Of a DNA stretch of 64,000 nucleotides, positions 24,601 to 32,300 are shown piece by piece; the first letter of the stretch is position 1, and each line of letters begins with the position of its first letter. Under the pieces are notes generated by a model. The model ran no database searches, had not been told where the DNA came from, and saw only the letters and a program-made list of their open reading frames with translations. The stretch spans positions 15,550,142 through 15,614,141 of the forward strand of contig NC_068998.1 in assembly GCF_001194135.2 (NCBI RefSeq), written 5' to 3'. The DNA is from Octopus bimaculoides (lineage: Eukaryota). The position numbers and the translations under genes were made by a program.

Positions 24601-26655
24601 AGTGGAGGCGCAATGCCCCAGTGGTTAGGGCAGCGGACTCGCGGTTTCGATTCCCAGACCGGGCGTTGTGAGTGTTTATTGAACGAAAACGCCTAAAGCT
24701 CTACGAGGCTCTGGCAGGGGATGGTGGCGAACCCTGCTGTATTCTTTCACAACTTTCTCTCACTCTTACTTCCTGTTTCTGTTGTACCTGTAATTCAAAG
24801 GGTCAGCCTTGTCACACTGTGTCACGCTGAATATCCCCGAGAACTACGTTAAGGGTACACGTGTCTGTGGAGTGCTCAGCCACTTGCACGTTAATTTCAC
24901 GAGCAGGCTGTTCCGTTGATCGGATCAAATGGAACCCTCGACATCGTAAGCAACGGAGTGCCGACAACAACAGAAGTAGACTCATTTACATGTATGCATT
25001 TCTCTTTCAGATTTATGAAAAACATGCAGGTAGCTCATGAATTAAAGATTCCTGGAAAGGTACCCATACTGAAGAAAGGTCCTCTCCAGAATATCAACAT
25101 AGAGGTTCAGAAAAGAGCCAGCAACAAACGGGTAAGTTTTTCAAAATATCTGGCTCTCTAAACTTCTCATTGTTTTCACATAGCAATGTTCCAGTTATGT
25201 GACAGTATTCAGCCTTACTTCTTTGTTAACTCAGCTGGCTGCATGCCTACATGATAAAACCCGGAAACTAGTGATGGTCTGCATTGGTTAAAAAAAAAAA
25301 TGCAAAATGGTGCATGGTGTTCCATGAGAAGGGAATTTTAATCTTTCTAACCTTAGTCTTTCTTGGCCCACTCTTACAGCATAGCCTTCCTGTAAATATA
25401 ATCTTAGCCCACTTTTCTTACGTAGTTTACCTATAATATACCTTGAATCATTCTTTCAACTGCTTTCGTCATATAGGCTGGGATCACTGTTATATCAGCT
25501 TTTCTGTAATATAACATAGCTTTCCTGTTAGATAGCCATAGCCTTTTGTGGATCAGATATAGCATTTTTGTAAATGTCCTTCCCAACGCCAATTATATTA
25601 TATTATTTTTGTAAGTCAACACTGTGTTCTATTGTGTTAGCAGTGCTATTACATCACTTGTTAAGGTTATCTATAGAAATCATAGCCAGCATTGATTTTG
25701 TTATGACGTTTGGTATTTGAGATGCTTGATGTAAACAATAAGATCATAAATGATTAATGGGTTGGATGGATGCTGATAAAAGCAAAAACTCCTGAAATAT
25801 GGCGTGTATGCCCATTACCCATTTTTGATCTTGTTTACATTCAGGTGTCTCGGATACGGAAAGTCGTAACTGAAATCAGTGCTGACTGTAATTTCTATTG
25901 AATATCTATAGAGATAACCTAAACAAGTGATATGCATGTTAGCTTCCAAAAGGCTTATAGAAAAGAAATGTGATGGCTCATGCGAGTCTTGCAAATATAC
26001 TGCCACAACTCTCCAGTGGTTTGTGAGGTAGCTGTGTTAATGATTGAATAAGTCAAATCCGCTTCTCGTTATCTTTCATTAACCCTTTAGCATTCAGATT
26101 ATTCTGTCAAAAGTAATGCTTATTTATTCGCAGTTTTGAATTAACCATGCATTATCTTTTTTCTTTTAAGATTTTGATGAGGTGACTTAAATTTTAGAAT
26201 GATATTGCTGGGTTGGTGTGAGAGGCCACATCTGGCCAGTTTGAAGATAAAACAGAATATTTTGGCTGGATATGGCTGATTCTTAAATACTAAATGGTTA
26301 ATTTGTTACTGGTTTGTCACTTTCAGGTTACTATTGTACGAAATTTAGAATCATTAGGAATTTGTCCTGAAGAATTTGCACACCATGTCAGTGTTGGTGT
26401 TGCCTGCAGCACAAGTGTATTCCAGGAGACGGGCAAACATGTTTTGATACAAGGCAATCAAGTAAATTTTGTTGAAAAAGCACTGATTAGTAAGTTGCAT
26501 CTAAATTTTCTCTATGTATCATTCTCGATTTTTATACCCCCCACAGTTATAATTAATATTTTTCTTGCATCACAGATAAATATAAAGTACCACGAAGAAT
26601 GGTTACTGGATTAGAGTATGCACCCAAGACAAAAAAGACTAAAGGTAAAAGATAA
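2346..26655 (+). CDS. EIF2D: Eukaryotic translation initiation factor 2D (ligatin), 16 coding exons, 575 aa
   Basis: Manual splicing, all introns GT..AG and phase-consistent: 2346-2401, 8687-8877, 9969-10052, 10763-10865, 12066-12173, 13332-13372, 16409-16603, 18000-18117, 19139-19184, 20345-20448, 21573-21707, 22453-22542, 23676-23768, 25011-25131, 26327-26489, 26576-26655 (1728 nt). Recognisable eIF2D motifs: MFKKSFRVKTQSSLKGSDRKKLR, PUA-region GGADLMLPGV and KGKG..ILH..GDELW, KKSSYKKLSKFLQEM, and SUI1-domain KRASNKRVT...VLIQGNQV. Confidence 0.96.
5200..6690 (-). mobile_element. Decayed RTE-clade LINE (RT region) in EIF2D intron 1
   Basis: Minus-strand remnants LPWEVLYTDDLI (YADD-like, about 5865-5895), KTKVLI and EVVDS..YLGDLISC; many stops. 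Confidence 0.75.
7200..7900 (+). mobile_element. Decayed pogo/Tigger-like DDE transposase fragment
   Basis: CCANAGSLPLLKLVVV and VKVILILNNTPTH...KLKYIFL..DISIILSMDQSLI (7589-7740) match the LCANA.G..KL and ILDN...H...FLPPNTTS.IQPMDQG motifs. Confidence 0.7.
8687..8877 (+). CDS. EIF2D: EIF2D coding exon 2 (KKLRADLVKAFP...FYPT)
   Basis: ttttag| acceptor, |gtgagc donor, open frame. Confidence 0.95.
9040..9390 (+). mobile_element. Tc1/mariner maT-type (DD37D) transposase pseudogene fragment
   Basis: WLERVAAGRPCVW*QDSVTCHTSRKSQK*LSENFYDFISPNF*PLNSLGCNPIDY; exactly 37 residues between D (9165) and D (9279). Confidence 0.85.
9455..9675. mobile_element. TTAA-flanked piggyBac-like MITE, family A (other copies 13477-13649, 19839-20050, 26079-26301, ~28190-28395)
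   Basis: Termini TTAACCCTTTAGCATT...AATGCTAAAGGGTTAA (variably degenerate), shared ~210-bp body; TTAA + CCC ends are the piggyBac signature. Confidence 0.7.
9969..10052 (+). CDS. EIF2D: EIF2D coding exon 3 (VYLLWKHPKLL...ITGGA)
   Basis: tttacag| acceptor, |gtaaaa donor. Confidence 0.95.
10130..10600 (-). mobile_element. RTE (Expander-like) LINE 3' fragment
   Basis: LSKSIKLKLLKPLF*PAALYGCEVWSL on the - strand; 3' part homologous to 22790-23050. Confidence 0.65.
10763..10865 (+). CDS. EIF2D: EIF2D coding exon 4 (DLMLPGV...VQGN)
   Basis: tttaag| acceptor, |gtaagt donor; PUA motif. Confidence 0.95.
10887..11206 (+). mobile_element. tRNA-derived SINE (older copy)
   Basis: A-box-like tggcttagtggttag, core ccttgagcaagac, 3' part shared with the 24601 element. 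Confidence 0.7.
12066..12173 (+). CDS. EIF2D: EIF2D coding exon 5 (SPLAIG...GDELW)
   Basis: ctacag| acceptor, |gtaaga donor. Confidence 0.95.
12293..12455 (+). mobile_element. High-copy tRNA-derived SINE with internal microsatellite (further copies near 4980, 12930, 14115, 15921, 27000, 45900, 49921, 51220, 51740, 52712, 61340)
   Basis: ggcgcaggagtggct.tgtggtaa...ggttcagt.ccactg...gtggatttggtagacggaaactgaaa recurs throughout the window on both strands. Confidence 0.85.
13332..13372 (+). CDS. EIF2D: EIF2D coding exon 6 (AAGSKSEPPRIRS)
   Basis: ttcag| acceptor, |gtaagt donor; 41 nt, needed to join exon 5 (phase 2) to exon 7 (phase 1). Confidence 0.85.
15100..15604. other. Assembly gap (others: 33276-33745, 50033-50042, 54986-55744, 58515-58561, 59370-59469)
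   Basis: Runs of N, mostly flanked by (AT)n. Confidence 1.
16409..16603 (+). CDS. EIF2D: EIF2D coding exon 7 (acidic linker)
   Basis: ttgtag| acceptor, |gtattt donor; D/E/N-rich open frame. Confidence 0.88.
16785..17098 (+). mobile_element. RTE-type 3' tail repeat with internal ~95-bp tandem duplication, ending in (TGA)n
   Basis: ggaagggcatc.agc.gta.aaaccatgccaaaac twice in tandem, then catggaa...gttaaa..atgatgatg; homologous tails at 4400-4620, 23050-23560, 33955-34140, 41755-41880, 46220-46420. Confidence 0.75.
18000..18117 (+). CDS. EIF2D: EIF2D coding exon 8 (EEMDSLLRHCFLCALK...)
   Basis: ttatag| acceptor, |gttagt donor. Confidence 0.93.
19139..19184 (+). CDS. EIF2D: EIF2D coding exon 9 (PEGKTLEVKKSSYKK)
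   Basis: ttgtag| acceptor, |gtaaat donor. Confidence 0.93.
20345..20448 (+). CDS. EIF2D: EIF2D coding exon 10 (LSKFLQEMQ...)
   Basis: tctcag| acceptor, |gtaaga donor. Confidence 0.93.
21573..21707 (+). CDS. EIF2D: EIF2D coding exon 11 (LRDLIVP...KEYGY)
   Basis: ttgtag| acceptor, |gtaagt donor. Confidence 0.9.
22453..22542 (+). CDS. EIF2D: EIF2D coding exon 12 (KGSTMLPADVRTVITDYVKKNQL..., SWIB-like)
   Basis: gccag| acceptor, |gtaaga donor. Confidence 0.92.
22790..23050 (-). mobile_element. RTE (Expander-like) ORF C-terminus fragment
   Basis: RRPSGGPRMRWLDD..SLNWSRLGI resembles the G.RPRGRPR.RW.D...L.WSRLG end of RTE ORF2. Confidence 0.7.
23676..23768 (+). CDS. EIF2D: EIF2D coding exon 13 (MVQLDPVL...WKDLISR)
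   Basis: ttgcag| acceptor, |gtaaga donor. Confidence 0.92.
24601..24974 (+). mobile_element. Young tRNA-derived SINE with 12-bp target-site duplication
   Basis: CpG-rich body, (CAA)n tail, TSD AGTAGACTCATT at 24589-24600 and 24975-24986. Confidence 0.9.
25011..25131 (+). CDS. EIF2D: EIF2D coding exon 14 (FMKNMQ...KRASNKR)
   Basis: tttcag| acceptor, |gtaagt donor. Confidence 0.95.
26327..26489 (+). CDS. EIF2D: EIF2D coding exon 15 (SUI1 domain, VTIVRNLE...QGNQV)
   Basis: tttcag| acceptor, |gtaagt donor. Confidence 0.95.
26576..26655 (+). CDS. EIF2D: EIF2D coding exon 16 (KYKVPRRMVTGLE...KGKR*)
   Basis: cacag| acceptor after an 86-nt intron; TAA at 26653-26655. Confidence 0.93.
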
Positions 26656-26828
26656 TCAAAAAGGACTCTGAACAAAGATTATCTTCCGAAACTGCTTAGT
26701 CCTAAGAAGTCTGTGCAATCACAACACACCAACTGAATGAAATTCTTCCATTTGAATGTCTGAGAGAGGAAATAAGGTTGAACATGCATGTCCTGTATTG
26801 ACTGTAACTTGTATGTATTGGCCAGCAA

Positions 26829-26834
26829 AATAAA
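26829..26834 (+). terminator. Candidate polyadenylation signal of EIF2D
   Basis: AATAAA about 175 nt after the stop, followed by T-rich sequence. Confidence 0.5.
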
Positions 26835-27619
26835 AGAATAGATTTATCAATTTTTATTATAGTAATTTAGTGTTTGGAAAAGTTTGCTTTCCCTTCTTCA
26901 CATTTATGTGAAATGAAAATATTGATTGAAGGTGTTCTGATATAGTTTTTAGCTTTCCATCTACATTTATGATGAAATTGGTTTTGCTTATTAAATAGGA
27001 AAATGTGGGTGTGTGGCAAGACACTTGCTTCCCAACCATGTGTCTCCATGTTCAGTCTCACTGCATGGCACCTCTAGCCTTGTGAGTGGATTTGGTAGTT
27101 GGAAACTGAAAGAAGCTTGCTGTCATCGTTGTTTGACAACTGGTGTTGGTGTGTTTACATCTTGACTTAGCAGTTTCGCAAAAGTGACCAATAGAGTAAG
27201 TACTAAGCTTTAGTCCTAGGGTCAATTTGTTTAAAAAAAAAAACTTTGAAGGCAATGCTCCAGCATGGCCAGTCAAATGACAAACAAAAGAATATACAGA
27301 GGTTGCTGTGTCTATGACAATGGCTACCTGTTTCAGTCATTGGACTAGATTACCCTCGAAAGGATTTAGTTGAACATATTGACCCCAGTACATATTAAGC
27401 CTAGTGCTTATCGGTCTCCTTTTGCTTAAGTACTAAGTCACTTGCCAAAGGTGCCATCCAGTGGGACTGAACATATGTGGAAGCAAGCTTCTTACCATAC
27501 AACCAAACCTACCTCTATATGTTAATCTATTTTTAGTTTCTATCTTCTCTTGCATAACTCAATTTGACAGGGTTCACTTTTAGAGTATACACAAGTTGTG
27601 GTGGTAGAAATAAGATAAA

Positions 27620-27735
27620 TAATAATAATTATTATTATTTTGGAACCGAACTTGAAATCTTGGGGTTAGTAGTGGTTAAGAGCGCAGGTTACTAACCCCA
27701 AGATTCCTAGTTCAATTCCAAGCAGTGACCTGAAT
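27620..27735. mobile_element. Truncated fold-back copy of the tRNA-headed Penelope-associated element
   Basis: 16-bp perfect inverted repeat AATCTTGGGGTTAGTA (27656-27671) / TACTAACCCCAAGATT (27690-27705); same head sequence as 39369-39440. Confidence 0.7.
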
Positions 27736-28442
27736 AATAAGCAGATAAATATTCATATAACAACAGTAACTGTTGTTATTGAACTCCACAGTTCTAAGTG
27801 GGAGAATGTGGGCTCTAAGCTAATCTCTGTTGGCAGTTGATTAGAATTACTCAACCGATACATGAATGGTAAATACTAGTCAGGAAGTGTAGTCAAATAA
27901 TGTGGACTTAGGATTTGAACTCAAAACATAAGCAGGGGATTAGATTCCAATTTGTCCCAGTCCCTAATTTCTTTTACCTCTGCCTTAGAAAAAGCATTGT
28001 TTTCGGTTTGTCCATGGACACGATATCTCAAGAACCACTGGATGGATTCGGATGAAACTTTCTGGCATGTTAGGCCTCGTGACTGGCACAAACCAATTAG
28101 ATTTTGGGATTTATCCGGTACTGCACTTCATTTTTAGTATTCGTATTTATTTCAGATATTCTCATTTTAATTTGACTATCAGTACTTCTGATCCTTTAGC
28201 ATTTAATCCAGCACCAATATTCTACCTGTCATGTTAAAACTGACCCAATCCAATGACTAAAAAAACACTACAATGTCATTCTAAAGAATATACAAAAACA
28301 CCATTGAAATCTTGAAGTTACAATATGTGACTAATTCAAAACAAAGTGAAGAAATAAGCATTACATTTGATAAAGAAATCTGAATGCTATTTTGGAATAT
28401 CTTATTCAATATCTCTGCCAGTAAATGCATTAGTTTAAAATG

Positions 28443-28584
28443 CTACAGATTAATAGCAACATAAACACAAGAACATGCAAAAATCATAGGTTATACATAT
28501 GTTCAGCACCAAACTCAGCAGTTGCATTTGTATGCAGGAGAATATCTTAACCCCTTTTGTGACCATATTCCTAGTATATCTTAC
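28443..28584. repeat. 142-bp direct repeat, copy 1 (copy 2 at 31043-31183)
   Basis: About 68-nt and 30-nt identical runs between the copies; flanks unrelated. Confidence 0.95.
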
Positions 28585-31042
28585 CTCTTATCTCAGCTAA
28601 GGCTAATACTGCATTCTTGAGATATGAGTTAGTTCAGGCTGTTAGCAAATGCAACTGAGTTATTGTGCTTGGTTTATGTAGTCATAACTACTTTTGTGAA
28701 GATAGTTCAGTGATTGAAAGAAATGCTTTTTTCAAAAGGACACAGTTGTAACCAGTTACAAGAAGAAAAAAAAGAGGATGGGGAGTCTTGGCACATGATC
28801 ATGCCTCTCATTTGGTATTGAATAGGTGCCTCTCTTGACAGCAACACAAGTGTTCTCGACTGCTAAAGGACAATGATCAAGTATGACTTTCATAAGGCAA
28901 TTTTAAAACTTTACTCTTCACACCTGCACAGAAATGTTTTAAGTATTTGTAAAAGTGGTCGAAATTGGCACATTTTATAGTTTGATTTGTTAACCATGCA
29001 ATTAGAGCTAGAATGGTACCCATTGTCTCATAAAATTTAGTGGTAAAGGTAAGATTTATAACATTAAATGACAGCCATCATATTTCCTTTTATAATATAA
29101 AATTGTTTCTCAATTTTCTCATCAACTGAATGGGTAAAATACTAGAACTGACAGTTTCTCATACAAGAAATGCAACTGAAAGAAACAAATGTACTCAAGA
29201 GAACCTTGCTCTGCTCAAATGTTTTGTTTATCAGACAAAATGAATGGTTCAAATTTTGGATATTTTGTCAGTACATTCTTTAACACTCCACAAAAAGAAA
29301 ATTCATCTTGAAAATTGGCCCCCTACATAAAACAGGTCAAGCAACTAAATTCAGATCTTTTACTGCCACTGCTCTGTGTAGAATAAAATTTTAAAACTAT
29401 TTTGTTTCCAATTTGAACAAGTTAAGCTTAATGTTTCTCTTGCTAAAGCTCAATATTAAATGAAATTGGGAAATTGACTATGAAAAAAAAACAAAAACAA
29501 AAAAAAACACACAAATCTGAAGGAATTTTATTAATTTTAAATACAAATAGTTTTGAATTCACTATATGGCCAAGCTAAATACTGCATACAATAAAAAATA
29601 ATCCTTAACTGTCAAAAATATTTTACCTATGGAACCAGAGCAGCAGTGTAGATGCCAATAGTGGGGGAAAACCTGAATTCTATTTCAATTTCTTTCTACC
29701 CATCTTTAATTCTAAAGACTCAATTTTGTTTATACTTTTCACTGTATCATACTTTTTATATGGATATACATATTGCATTTGAAAACGAGTTTGTTGCAGT
29801 TTTCATAAACACATTGACTTCTAAAGAGAGTGTTTTTGCATCAAACGAAATCATCTGCTTTTAATGACCCGATCCACATAAGACGAAGAAATATATCAGC
29901 AAATGCATACATTGAGCTCATATCTTTTCAAGGTAATAAAGCAATAAGAATCATTGCAGTTTATATCCCTACAATCCTAAGGACTACACGATATTTGAAA
30001 ATCGGAAAGAGGTTTTAAATGATAGGGGAGGGGGTCAATATTCAAACAGTAAGATTTGCATATTGATGTTTTCTTATAGTTGGAAAAAGTTCCTTCATAC
30101 ACCACAATGAAGAAACAATCCTTCAAGGCTTCACTTTACAGAAAGAACAATGGTAATTTAAGCAATACAAGTCAAGGCACTTGCAATTTGAGTGAAAATT
30201 ATAGACACTATTAACTGCAACACTAAACTTAACTAAAAACATGAAAATAAATTATGTTATTTAAATTTCTACAGACTCCCCACCCCATCCCTTTTTTTGT
30301 AGAACAAAATGAATATCTACAAGTTCAGCTATAAGCAGTAAGGAAATGTGTAAGCTGTAACAAGAATATCCCTAAAGCTTAAAATACAATCTATGATTAA
30401 ATTTTAAAATGAGGTAGTTCAAATGTTTCCTGCCAGGACTTAAATATTTGATGCTGACACCTATTTGACCTATTCAAGATAAAACTTTAAAAGTGGAACC
30501 AAATTATACAAAAATTAGTAAACCATCTACAATATTAAGACTATGCTCAGAAGATGAGTAAAATATAACCAGATAATATATAAAGGAAAAAAAAATGACA
30601 TGGAAATAAACGGAATCATGCCATTTAGAATTTATTTCAAACTCCATACAATGTTTACACTAGGACAAATTAGTTTCATTTACTATATACATAGAATTTT
30701 GGAATCAAATATTTCAATGAATTAGTATGAAATGTGTTACAGAAGAGCCTCCTCATTATAGATGATTTATTACCATGTTGGTCCTACATTTTCTAAAATG
30801 AAGGTTTAAAAAAAAACAAAAAAGTTAGTAGTAAACAAATCACTGCCAACATGTCAGTTGAAAATGTCATTCATTAGATGCACAATCAAACACTGCAATC
30901 AGCTTGAGTTTCATCGGATGCTTCAAAGATATTGCTTTTAAATCAAAAGCATCTCACATCCAAATACTTGATAAAGTAAAGAATATGGCTATGACAAGTC
31001 TGAGAATCACCTTGTGAGCAAGCAGGGAAATAAGGTAAAATC

Positions 31043-31183
31043 CTACAGATTAATAGCAACATAGAGGTAAGAACATACAAAAATAATAGGTTATACATAT
31101 GTTCAGCACCAAACTCAGCAGTTGCATTTGTATGCAGGAGAATATCTTAACCCTTTTGTGACCATATTCCTAGTATATCTTAC
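31043..31183. repeat. 141-bp direct repeat, copy 2
   Basis: See copy 1; the right end overlaps the MITE at 31147-31353. Confidence 0.95.
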
Positions 31184-31353
31184 ACTATAAAGGTTCAATT
31201 CATTTCAATTTGTGGAGGGATTTAGTAAAATAGTTTCATTAAAGTTGCATTTTAGAAGACAATTTACCAATTGATTTTTAAATATAAATACAAACATGTT
31301 TAGTAGCAGAGACCCATAGGTGGTCCCAGGCAGGTTGGTATCAAAAGGGTTAA
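31147..31353. mobile_element. TTAA-flanked piggyBac-like MITE, family B (other copies 38963-39184, ~47700-47910, ~57990-58222)
   Basis: TTAACCCTTTTG..ACCA...TGGTATCAAAAGGGTTAA termini and shared body. Confidence 0.7.
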
Positions 31354-31974
31354 AAGATAGAGATAATATTAAGAGGGGAGAATAAAAAGTTTGATCTAAT
31401 TTTATTCCATAATTATTACATCTATTAAATAGAAAGACATTTGTATGAAGAGCCATGTTATATGTCTGGATATTATTCAAAAGCCAGTCATAATCAAACA
31501 ACAAAAAAAGTATACAGACAAAACCAATAGATAATCAAAAAGAAAGTCAGTAATGTTTGGTTGTCTTGGTCTGCACAATATTATATGTATCTAGCAATAA
31601 AGAAGTAGATTAGACCATAATTGCAAAGTTACTCCATTTTTACACTCTTCAGAATACCAAGAGCTGTATAGATTTCATTAACAAGAAATTCTAATTTAGG
31701 ATTAAATTAATGGAGATCAGGGTAACATAAGTATGTTAGAGAGGGGAGAAAATTTCATGGAAGTTTTGTAGATGATATATGGAATCTTCTAGATATGGTT
31801 AGAACAAAAAAAATAATAAATAAAAGGAAGCATGAATAAAATAAGCAGAAAGATCTATCAAGCTGAAAGAGCGACAATGAATGAACATTATCAATTGAAA
31901 AAGGAGGAGGGTGTAGAATAAAAATCTAATGTTTTTTTTTGCTTTTCTTTTTTTTTTTTTAAAGGTGGAAACTA

Positions 31975-32300
31975 TCAATGGGAGGCACACTGAACTCGGG
32001 ATTGACCCATGTGATCATCCTCATCATCATCATAAGCTTCAGTGCGTTGAGACCTATAACGTTGTTCTTTTGGATTAAATTCTGACAGAACACATGCTTC
32101 TGCAGTAACTGGAATGTTCACAGGTCTACGTTCAGGCAGCAGTTTTTCAAGTTCTACCAATTTGTCTGAGGGAATAAAATTTGATGGTGGGAATTTGACA
32201 GTAAATTTTATGATCAAAACTCCTTTTTCAAATGGGTCACGATATATAGGCATACCCTCACCAACAACACACTTGATGTCTCCATGTTTGAGAACCTCAC
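31975..32300 (-). CDS. DNAJA1: DNAJA1 coding exon 5 (EVLKHG...VQCASH*)
   Basis: tttcag| acceptor; TGA at 31977-31975. Confidence 0.96.
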
